A stretch of DNA of 64,000 nucleotides from Dictyostelium discoideum (lineage: Eukaryota), in assembly GCA_000004695.1 (NCBI GenBank), contig CM000155.2, positions 3,392,001 through 3,456,000 of the forward strand. Reading direction: 5' to 3'. A program made the position numbers and the translations under genes. Each line of letters starts with the position of its first letter. Positions within the stretch are counted from its first letter, which is position 1. Positions 39,873 to 51,000 of this stretch are shown here, one piece after another. The notes below the pieces were generated by a model. That model searched no databases and had not been told where the DNA came from. It saw only the letters and a program-made list of their open reading frames with translations.

Positions 39873-39953
39873 TTTAGATTGTAAAACTAGGACCTTCCCT
39901 TTCCTGGTTTTGGTGCTGATTGAAAATATTTTTTACACAATTTGTCAAAAACT

Positions 39954-40036
39954 TGCAAGAGGCGAGATTCGAACTCGCGAACCGAATGGATGAGATCTTA
40001 AGTCACACGGATTTAACCAGACTTTCCTACCCTTGC
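39954..40036 (-). tRNA. tRNA-Leu (anticodon TAA), copy 1
   Basis: The minus strand reads GCAAGGGTAGGAAAGTCTGGTTAAATCCGTGTGACTTAAGATCTCATCCATTCGGTTCGCGAGTTCGAATCTCGCCTCTTGCA. Acceptor GCAAGGG/CTCTTGC (one G-T), anticodon loop CTTAAGA, T-arm GCGAG-TTCGAAT-CTCGC, long variable arm. Confidence 0.8.
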
Positions 40037-40680
40037 TTTGGATGAAGTTATCAAAAAATTTAGAGGTATATGTTCAATTTAAACTCAAGGAGAAGCAAAT
40101 AATAATTGCGTTATCCAATTCAAAAAAAAAAATGTTCAATTTAAATATAATAATAAGGAATATTGTTAATTTGAAAGATTTATTGGATTTTTTTTTTTAA
40201 AATCATTTAGTTAAAAAAATATATTTAATTTTATAAACAATTTTTGAAAATTAGTTCTTTAAAAAATTTTTTTTTATTATTCAATTCTGTTCAAAGAAAA
40301 AAATATTAATAATTCGAGTTTCATTTTTATTATAATTAATTTTTTTTTATTTTTATTTTTTTTTTTTTTTATTTTTTTATTTTTTTTTTTTTATTTTAAA
40401 TTTTTACAAAAATGGTATAAGGGAGAACTTTGGTTTTTTATTTATTTTTTAATTTCATTGAAAATTCTAAATTTATATGAAAAAAACAATTCTCTAAATC
40501 ATTGTTTTGAGACCTTTTGTAAATAATTATTTTTTAATCTTTTAAATTAATTTATTTTTTTTCAACACTGTTTAAAAAAATATAAAAAGTTTTTTTTTTT
40601 TTTAAAAAAAATTAATTAAAAAGAAATAATAATATTTTTAAAAAACATAGTAATAAATAAATTTTAAAATTTGATAAAAG

Positions 40681-41163
40681 ATGAAAGTCCATTGCCAATT
40701 ACCAACAAATAATAATAATAATAATGAAACAATAGATTTTGAAGTAGATCAAGATAATACTTTATTAGTAGATTTAAAACAAATGATATATAATAAAACT
40801 GGTACTCCAGTAAATAGACAATCTGTAAATATTTAAAATTTTTGGTATGTCAATAATTTTATTATATTTTTACAAACTAACCCAAACCTTTTTTAATATT
40901 TTAGATTGAATTGGAAAATAAAAAGTTACCACATAGATACGATAAAAAGTCAATATCAAAACTCCACATTAATGAATCATCAAATATAAGAGTTGTTTAT
41001 GTTTTGGAAGGTGGCTGTTGCGGTGTTGGTTGTGATATTTGTGTATGTATTTTCTTTTTTTAATAAACCCTTAAAATATATATTATTAACATATTTTTTA
41101 AAAATATTTGAAAAAAAAAAAAAATAGGGTTGTGGTGGAAGTTGTAGATGTTCAATTCAATAA
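40681..41163 (+). CDS. Ubiquitin-fold protein with Gly-Gly followed by Cys-rich tail and CaaX box (MUB/UBL3-like), copy 1, 3 exons
   Basis: Exons 40681..40824, 40905..41042 and 41128..41163 (donors GTAAAT and GTATGT, acceptors TTTTAG and AATAG). The protein is MKVHCQLPTNNNNNNETIDFEVDQDNTLLVDLKQMIYNKTGTPVNRQS|IELENKKLPHRYDKKSISKLHINESSNIRVVYVLEGGCCGVGCDIC|GCGGSCRCSIQ*. It aligns to ubiquitin ([32 protein letters not shown].../...LHLVLRLRGG). Confidence 0.65.
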
Positions 41164-41198
41164 ATTTCATAATGAGATCACCGGAGAAAAAACCTAAG

Positions 41199-41612
41199 AA
41201 ATTTTACTATTTTGTGAGAAATTAAACTACCGCAAAAACTCATATTTTAAGAAACGATATTATAATTTAATAAAATTTTTAACAAACTAATATCAATTTC
41301 TAATTAATAATTAATCACACTTTATTATTAAATTATCATAAAATAATAAAAAAGAATCTGGCCATAATAAAAATATATTTTAATAAATTAAAAATTGATA
41401 AAATCTAATATTATTTAATTAAAATTGAATATTAATTTGTCAAATTATAAAAAATTTATTGATTTACCATATTGTGAGAAATTTTACTATTGTAATTTCT
41501 CATTTTTTAAAACATAAAACTATAATTTAATAATATACAACAATTAATAGGAAATAATACTATTGTAATTTCTCATTTTTTAAAACATTAAACTATAGTT
41601 TAATATATGATA
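41199..41612. repeat. Local repeat family with internal 9-bp hairpin (tgagaaatt-ttactattgt-aatttctca), 3 copies
   Basis: Copies at ~41199-41280, 41472-41545 and 41548-41612 share 'tactattgtaatttctcattttttaaaacatNaaactataNtttaata'. The first copy carries the inverted arm gtgagaaatt. Confidence 0.5.
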
Positions 41613-42516
41613 TTGTTTTTTATTAAAAACTATAATAAAATGATAAAAAATAATGGGTGTACAATAAATATTTAAATAAAAAATATTAAAATATAAGAAT
41701 TTTTATTTTTTTTAAATAATTTATTCCTTATTTATTATAAAAATTAATCAAAAAATATTATTAATTTTTAATAAATTTTATTATTAGTATTATTATTTTA
41801 ATATTATCAAAAAATAATTCTAATAATAAAATTTATTAAAAATTAATAAATAATTTTAAAATATGTTAAAAAAAAAGAAATTTTATTAATTTTTAATAGA
41901 TTATTATAAGATTTAATAAATGAAAATCGATTTGCAACAGATGAAGCCACATTGGAATTAATTGGTCTTACAGGATACAATGGGTATTCGCCATGCTTCA
42001 GATGAGGCTACATTGGATTTCTCTGGTCTTGAAAAAATTAAATAGACGTCTATTTAATTTTTTAAAAAAAAGAAATAATTAGTATTAAAGCTATTTTGAT
42101 TTAATTATTGTTTTAAATTTTTTTTATTTTTTTTTTTTTTATTATTTTTTTTTTAAGTTGTTTCATCAATTTTATTTTTTCTAATTTAATAATTAGTTTA
42201 CTGATTTTATTCAAACAAATAATGAAAATTTACTTACTTTGGGAAAAAAAAAGGTGAAAAAAAAAATGAAAAAAAAATGATTAAAAAAAAAAATTATTAA
42301 AAAAAAAAAAAGTAAAAAAAAAAAAAAAAAAAAAGTAAAAAAAAAAAACGTTTGAAAATATAATAAAAATGGATAAAAAAAAAAAGAAAATAAAAAAATA
42401 AAAAAAAAACCAAGTTCAAAATTAATAAAATTTTGCTTGTTTTCGCATATTTATTCTTATAATATATCTTATTTTTATTAATTCAATTCCTATATTTTTT
42501 AAAATAATAAAAAGTT

Positions 42517-42891
42517 TCATTTAATATATATATTTTTTTTTTTTATAAAATTTATTATTTTTTGTAACAACTGGTGGTCGGTATCATCAGTGTTAATTTT
42601 TCCTAATGATTTCTTTATTGTGTTGGTTATTGCTGCTGAAGTTATTGGTGTTGTAATGTTGGGTGATGATGGTGGTGTCGTATGATTATTTAATTGTTGT
42701 TGAGATTGTTGATTTATTAATTGAATGTGTTGTCGAAGAAGTTGATTTTGTTTATCTATTACCTGCTGCTGTTCCCTTATCTGACGTTGCTGTTCATTGA
42801 ATGTTGATACCTGTGGTTGTTGTTGTTGTTCCTCATTATCCTGTTGTTGCAATTCATCATTATCAATATCTTCGTTATTATTAGTTGACAT
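42517..42891 (-). CDS. Small Gln-rich protein of unknown function
   Basis: 124-aa ORF MSTNNNEDIDNDELQQQDNEEQQQQPQVSTFNEQQRQIREQQQVIDKQNQLLRQHIQLINQQ.... No recognisable domain. Confidence 0.35.
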   Translation of the reverse strand: MSTNNNEDIDNDELQQQDNEEQQQQPQVSTFNEQQRQIREQQQVIDKQNQLLRQHIQLINQQSQQQLNNHTTPPSSPNITTPITSAAITNTIKKSLGKINTDDTDHQLLQKIINFIKKKNIYIK

Positions 42892-43000
42892 TCTCTTAAA
42901 ATAAATTATTTAATAAAATTTAATTATTTATTTATTCTATTATTAAAGTAAAATGATTAATTATTTAAGAAATAAATGTACACAAAATTAATTAATGACC

Positions 43001-43134
43001 GTAGCCCTATCGTGTTTTTATTATTTGTATATATTTACTACTGAGGTTGAATTGGAAACCTAGTTTCCTTTTATAGTCCTTAGATTTGAGCGAACTCAAA
43101 TCTATTAACTACTCCAACCTCGGCCGATAGGGTT
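43001..43134. other. Compact nested inverted-repeat element (candidate structured ncRNA or miniature transposon)
   Basis: Outer stem tagccctatcg(43002-43012)/cgatagggtta(43124-43134). Inner stem gaggttg(43044-50)/caacctc(43113-19). Hairpin ggaaac-cta-gtttcc (43055-43069). Hairpin tagatttgag-cgaa-ctcaaatcta (43081-43104). Confidence 0.35.
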
Positions 43135-43308
43135 AGATCCAATTTAAACTACAATATTATATTATTTTAATTTAATTATTATTTTCTCTTCTAATTAAAT
43201 TATTTTTAAATTTATATTATTATTTTATATGGTGATTTTGTGTGTGGCATTTTTAATATCTGGTATCTAATATCTGTTATGAAAACTTTTGTGAAATTCA
43301 AATTAATT

Positions 43309-43339
<31 letters not shown>

Positions 43340-45159
43340 GAAAATTAAATTTAATTTAAAATTAATTAAATTTAATTACAACGGGAGAAAACCCCTTTAA
43401 ACAAAACAATAAAATAAATTATTATTATTTTCTGAATTGTATGTGTCATAACAAAATGTTGAAACAAAACTATATTCTAAATTATTATTATTTATTTTTG
43501 AATTATTGTTTAGTTGTGTTTAGTGAGTTTATTATATAAAATGAAACAATTTATTAAAATGAATTAAGTTAGTAATAATTAATATTGAATTATCAATTCA
43601 ATATTAATAGTTATTTTTAAATGTTCTGTTTAGAACATTTCATAAAATTAAATAAATATTAGTATTAACAAGATATTTTTTTGAGATCTTGTTACATTTT
43701 TTATCTTATTTTTTAGGGACTACTTATATTTTAATAAAATATGTTGAATATTATAATATTATTTTTTAAACATCTTATTATTAAAACTATAATTAATAAA
43801 ATTTATAACCTTCTGATATATTATCTCATTTTTTTAGTATTTATTATATTTTAAAAAAATATGTTAAAAATTATATATTGTTTCAATTTTTAATATATTT
43901 TATTATTTTTTTATTATTATTTATCTTATTTTTTAATATATTTTATTAAAAAATAATAAAGGTTACATTTTTTATAAATAATCTTATTTTTTTATAAAAT
44001 ATCCTATTTTCTAATAATTATTATAATTATTTTTTAAAAAAAAAAATAATCACGAATTAATAAAATTTAAAAATTCTAATATATTTTCTTATTAGTATTA
44101 ATTAAATTTTAATAAAAAATGCCATTTTTTTTTTATAATAAGTTTCATTTTTTTTATAAATTTTATAAATTTTATTTTTTTTATTTTTTTGTTATTATTA
44201 ATCTTATTTTGTAATAATTTTTATTAATTTATAAAATAGCATTATAAACTTTTATTAAAATTTAATTTAATTAATTATATTTTAACATTTTACTGGGTTT
44301 TTTTTTCCAGTGTAAAGCTTACGTTTAAAAAATTTTCATCGATTTCAATTTTAAATCTACAATCATTTAAGGAACAGTTTGATTTTAAATTATTTTTAAT
44401 TTCATCAATTAATTGATTATTGAAATGAATGATTTGATTATCGTATTCATTTAATTTATTTGAATTATCAATAATATTATTATTATTTAATATTATTAAT
44501 GATTGTTGATATTGTTTAATAATTTTAATTTTATCTCTATCAATAATAAAATCATCTCCATTATCATAAATTTGTTGATCTTAAAATTTTAAAATTTCAT
44601 TTAATTTGTCAATTGTTGTAATATTATCATTATCAATATCATTATCATTTTCATTTTCATTATCATTATCATTTTCATTTTAATTTTCATTTTCATTTTC
44701 ATTTTCATTTTCATTATTATTATTATTAATTATTGTTGAAAGTATTTCATTATCATTATTGATTGAAGAAGTTATAAATGTATTTATTAATGTATTGTTT
44801 TCAAATGTTTTCTCTAATTGTTTTTTAAAATCTAATTCTACGATTGAAACGATATCATGAATTTTTTTAATTTCTTTTTTTAATGAATTATTATCAAATT
44901 TTAATTGAATTTCATTGTATTTATCTTTTGATTGTTCTAATATTGTTTCATTGATTTTTGTTCTTTAAATTACTTTTTGATGTACATCATCTTTAAAATT
45001 ATTAATGAAAGAATATTTGAAGTTGATTCTAATGAATCAGTTCTATGACCATGATGTTCACCTTTAATTGAATTACATTGAATACAACATGGTATTAATT
45101 AACAATCCAAACAAAAGAATATTATATCTTTGTTTTGGTGAAGTGTACACTTTTTATTA

Positions 45160-45538
45160 TTGAATCCAAAATGTTGGTCAACTTCATCGAATAATCCATC
45201 ATCAATTTTAGAAAATTTAACATGATATAATTTATTTGGTGAATCAATTTGTTTTAATGTTTTATTAACAGAATTAGTATCAAAATTAAAATGGAAACCA
45301 ACTCCACCTGTTGAATTTTTAAAGAAATTAAAATCATTCACAAATGAACCAGCTTGTAATAGATTATATGTTGTTTATAAAATTTCAAAAAATAATATTT
45401 ATATACCTGGTAATCATAAATTAAACCCAACTTCAAAACAATTATTACAATCAAATAATACTTATGAAGGTTGGAAAATTACACAAGAAATGATTTTAAC
45501 TCATTTTTCTTTTACTTTTAAAAAAATTTTAAATTAAT
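45160..45538 (+). pseudogene. 3'-terminal remnant of a type I PKS gene (last ~125 codons) with a nonsense mutation
   Basis: [123 protein letters not shown] is collinear with the C-termini of both full PKS genes. TGC (Cys) has become TGA. Homology to the PKS genes starts abruptly at ~45160. Confidence 0.75.
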
Positions 45539-46258
45539 AAATTAAATATACACAATAACAATATAATTATTAAAAGAGTGAAAAATATTATAAAATAAAA
45601 TAAAATAAAATAAAATAAAATAAAATAAAAGAGGTAACCTTCGATATTTTCTGGAGTATGGAAAAAGTTTTGTAGTGATTCTGATTGGGTATTAAGTTTT
45701 TTATTTTTTTTATTTTTTTATTTTTTTTACGCAACTTTTTGTTTTTTAATCAACAAACCCTATCATTAGTCCCGCTACAATTTTTTTATTTTTAGATATT
45801 TTTTAAAAAGAAAACGAAAATCGAAAAAATCTCATTTTGATTTTTTTTATTTTTTTATTTTTTTCTTTTATTTTTTTTATATGTAAAAAGACCGGTTTTT
45901 TTAGAAAGTTTTGACCAGTGTTTGCAAAAAATCAAAAAGTATCATTATTTTTTTTTTTTTGTGTGTAATTGATTGGATAAAATCTTTTGTTTTTCTTGAA
46001 AAAGAAAAACTTTTTTTTTGGGTAAAGTGAACTTTTTTTTTTTTTTCAAAAATATTGCAAATTTTTGCTTATTTCTTTCATTTAACAAATAAAATTTTTC
46101 AATTTCTAAACTAACTAAAATCTTTTATTATCAAACATAGTTTTTTTATTAAAATAATTTTTTTATATGAAAATAATTTTTTTAATTGAGCATTATTATT
46201 CCAATATACTTGAAGTTATTGTTTTTTTTTATTTTATTTTATATTTTTTAATAATAAA

Positions 46259-46468
46259 ATGGAAAATCAAAATATTAAATATGGCGATAATGATGTTGCA
46301 ATTATTGGTATTGGTTTAAGATTACCAAATTCAATTAATAAGCCATTGGAATTATGGGAGGGTTTATTAGCTGGTTTTGACGGAATTGGTAATTATTATT
46401 TTTATTATTTTTTTTTATTTTCTTTTTTTTTTTTTAATTTTATTTTCATTTTTTTTTTCACCTTTCGC

Positions 46469-46503
<35 letters not shown>

Positions 46504-46671
46504 CCAATTTCAAAAAAAAACCACAGCAATGTATAAAATTAATACTCTAAATTACAATATGTTTTTATCATAGTTGAAACAACAAATAGATGGAGCGATT
46601 CATTTTCAGCAATGGATGAGATTTCAAGTAAATATGCAGGTTTAATTGTATGTATATTAACATAAAAATAA

Positions 46672-46702
<31 letters not shown>

Positions 46703-46774
46703 AATAAAATTACAAATAATAATAATAATAATAATAAAATTACAAATAATAATAATAATAATAATAAAATTACA

Positions 46775-46838
<64 letters not shown>

Positions 46839-47624
46839 TTACAAATAATAATAATAATATTAATAGTTAATCTATTTTTAGGATTTAGATGAATGGATGT
46901 CATTTGATCCTTTATTTTTTGGTATTATTCCAACAGAGGTACCATCAATTGATCCTCAACAAAGATTACTTTTGAAATGTACATGGGAAGGTGAGTATTA
47001 ATAATCGATATCATTAGTAGTTAATTTAGAATAATAAATCAAATATTTTACTAATTCTATTTACAAATATATTTAATCATTGATACAGCATTTGAAGATG
47101 CAAATATTGATCCATTTAAACTCAGAGGTACCAATACATCTGTATATGTAGGTGCAAGTTCATTAGATTATGCATCTATAAATGTTGACTTTGATGAAAC
47201 ACCAATGAACATTTTCAATTCAAATATGTCAGGTATTTCAAATAGAATATCATATTGTTATGACTTTAGAGGTACAAGGTAATTATTAGTAACATATTTT
47301 AAAAGTTTTTTTTTTTTTTTTAAAAGTTCAATAAACTAATAAGTATTATAATTATCTATGTTAAAAATAAAACTTTATTATAGTTTAACAATTGATACAG
47401 CATGTTCAAGTTCATTAAATGCAGTTCATCTTGGTTATAAATCAATTATAAATGGAGAATCAGATTATTCAATTGTTGGAGGTTGTAATTTCATTATGAG
47501 TCCACATACATCAAGATCATTTGAATCAATTAATGTAACAAGTAAAACTGGTAAAAGTAAAGCATTCGATCAAGATGCAAATGGATTTGTTCGTTCAGAA
47601 GTATGTAATAAATTATATTTACAT

Positions 47625-47681
<57 letters not shown>

Positions 47682-48026
47682 TTAATAACTAATTTTTAAA
47701 TATTAATAATAATTTATAAATAATAATTAAAAGGGAGTTGTATCAATCATTTTAAAGAAAATGTCAAAAGCAATTCAAGATGGTGATCAAATTTATTCAG
47801 TTATCAAAGGTACAAACAGTAATGTAGATGGTAATTTAAACAAAGGTAATTTCTTTGCACCATCAAAACAATCACAAGCAAATAATATTAAAAGTGCAAT
47901 GGAATCTTGTAATAAAGAAACTACCAATAGTACACCAATCGCTTTAAATGATATTGATTTCTTTGAATTACACGGTACAAGTACTCAAATTGGTGGTATG
48001 TAATCAACAACACTATTAAACTTTTT

Positions 48027-48073
<47 letters not shown>

Positions 48074-51000
48074 TTATATTGATTTTAAATTTTTAAAATA
48101 ATTATAGATCCAATCGAATGTGAAGGTGTATCAAGTGTATTTAAAGAATCAAGAGAAAAACCATTATTAATTGGATCAATTAAAGCAAACATTGGTCATT
48201 TAGAACCAGCAAGTGGTGTTGCAAGTTTAGCAAAAGTAGCATTAATGTTTAAACATCGTCAATTTGTAAAAAACATTAATTTCGATAAACCAAATCCAAA
48301 TATCAAATTTGATGAATGGAAAATTAAAGTCTGTACAGAGAATACACCATTCCCAAATAATAAGAAAGTATCAATTGCAATCAATTCCTTTGGTATTACA
48401 GGTAGCAATGCATGTTTAATTTTAACTGAATATATTAAACCAAAAACTACAACAACCACAACAGCTAACAATAATGGAAATCAAAAGTATTTAATACCAA
48501 TTTCAGCAAATTCAAAATCATCATTAGAATCATATAAAGAAAAATTAATTAATTCAAGTAAAGAATTTTCAGAAACTATTAATTTTAAAGATTTTGTTAA
48601 ATATCAATTAGATTCAAAAACTTTAAAATTAACTCAAAGATCAGTTATTATTGCAAGTAATTGGGAAGAAGCTGGAAGCACTCAATCAATTGTAACAACT
48701 AATACAAATAGATCAGGAAATATTATTAAAGATGCCAATAAGAATCCACAATTAGTATTCGTTTTTAGCGGTCAAGGTCCACAATGGTCAAAAATGTTCA
48801 CTCAACTTTATGATCAAGAACCAATTTTCAAACAAAAAACTGATCAAATTGATTCATTATTATCAAAACATTATGGTTATTCAATTTTAAATAAATTAAA
48901 TTCAATTAAAGATGATGATACAGTTACAATTAATGAACCAATTTTAGCACAACCATCAGTATTTATGATTCAAATGGCTTTGATTGAATTATATAAACAT
49001 TGGGGTATTTTAGCATCAATTTCAATAGGTCATTCACTTGGTGAAGTTTCAAGTGCAGTTTGTTCAGGTATGATTGATTTAGAAACTGGATGTTTTATCA
49101 TATATCATCGTTCAAGATTACAACAACAAACAGTTGGTAGTGGTAGAATGTTAGTAGCTTCATTAAATGAACAACAATTTAATCAAGAATTTCAACAAAA
49201 ATATCCATCAATTGAAATCTCTTGTTTTAATTCACCATTCTCAATCGTATTAGCAGGTAAAGAATCAGAATTACAAGAAATTTCAAATATCTTAAAAGAG
49301 AAAGAAACATTTTCAATATTTTTAAGTACACAATCATCATTCCATTCATCGTCACAAGAACCTATTAAAGATGAATTATTAAAACAATTAAAAGATATTA
49401 AATCAACCAAATCAAATATTCCAAATTTTTCAACTGTAACTTCCAATTTATTTAATGATAATGATGATGATGAAGTTGTTCAACAACCTGATGAAGCAAG
49501 TTCTCACAACAGCACAACAACTTTATTTGATTCAAATTATGTTTATGAAAATGTTAGAAAACCAGTACAATTCGAAAAAGCAATTAAAAATGTATTCAAT
49601 TACATTGAAAAAAAAGGTTTAGGTAGTTCAGTAATATTTTTAGAAATTTCAGCATCACCAGTATTAGGAAATTATATTAGAGAAATGATACCACAAGATT
49701 CAAACTATTTCTTTATTGAAGATCAAACTATATCAGTATTATCATCATTAAATAAAAAGAATAAAGATCAAGTATTAGAAATTCAAACAAGTATATCACA
49801 ATTATATTGTAAAGGTTATAATGTCAATTTTAATTGTTCAAATCAAACAAAATCATTGGACTTTAAAAACACCGGATATAAACAATTATCAGATGTTTTA
49901 TTCAAGTATTCATGGGATGATGAATCATATTGGTCTGTATCTCCATTAATTTCAAATTATATTAAAAATGGACCAGCAACTAATCATTTAGGTTATCGTA
50001 ATGAAAGACAACCATATCAATCATTCACATCATCGATTGATATTAAAAAAGAACCATTTGAATTTTTAAAAGGTCACTCAAGTAGAAATAGAGTAATTTA
50101 TCCAGGTTGTGGTTATATTGATAGTATATTAAAAGCATTCCCAGATCAAGATTTAACAATTCAATCAATGGAATATAAATCTGCAATTTTATTATCATCA
50201 TCAATGAAAACTTATTTATCAACAAATATCATACCAAGTGGTAAAAATGAATATCGTGTTTCATTCCATTACAAAGACAAAAAAACAAATAAATGGATTC
50301 TCTCATGTAGTGGTAGACTTTCAACTACAAAACACAATGATGAAGTCGTTAAAAAAGTTGACATTGAAAAATTAAAATCAAAATGTAATTTTGTAACCAT
50401 TCAAAAGAAAGAACTTTATGAAACAATTAAATATAAAGCACAATTAACATTAGAAGGTAAATTCCAAAGTATTGAAGAAGTTAGCTATGGTCATAATTGT
50501 TGTTTATCAAAAGTACCATTAACAACATTATCATCATATGATAATGAATCATTTTTAAATTTATGTGTAATTGATGCTGCTTTTCAACCACTTGGTGCTG
50601 TAAAAGAAAATCAAGAACCAATGGTATTTGCAAGTATTGAAAATTTAAAATTCTTTTCAAAAAATATACCAAAATCAGCAGAAGACAGAGAAAAATATAA
50701 ATTTGTTTATACATATACACAAGTAAAAGAAAAGAAATGTGGATCTTATTTCGTTTCAATTTTAACAATGCTTCAAGATGGTACAATACTATTCTTTTCA
50801 CCATTGGTAGTTTACACTCAATTAACACCATACAAAAATCAATACATAATTGAAAGTCCAAATGATAATTTATATAAAATTTGTTATCAATCAAAAGATT
50901 CAACATTACCACATCCATTATTATTAAAAGATAAATTTGATCAACCAAGATTTGAAACAACTGATAAACAATCTCAAGTAATAAAAAAAGCATTATCAAA

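Larger units (their letters stand above)
39954..41178. repeat. Segmental duplication unit, copy 1 (tRNA-Leu(TAA) + UBL-CaaX gene); copy 2 at 56553..57722
   Basis: The two copies are near-identical over ~1.2 kb apart from a ~75-bp indel upstream of the tRNA and a few substitutions (P8L and S48A in the UBL). Confidence 0.85.

Noticed and set aside
41920-42030. Two tandem ~33-bp GC-richer units (cagatgaagccacattggaattaattggtctt / cagatgaggctacattggatttctctggtctt), possible small exon
   Set aside because: The units are out of frame with each other and bounded by stops. No start or splice context could be found. Kept only as a note.
45099-45341. 80-aa minus-strand ORF with B-box-like Cys/His spacing (KCTLHQNKDIIFFCLDC...CCIQC...HHGH)
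   Set aside because: It is the antisense strand of the PKS 3' remnant. The same antisense pseudo-ORFs (…GGVGFHFN…[16 protein letters not shown]…) appear opposite both intact PKS genes. It is a codon-bias artefact.
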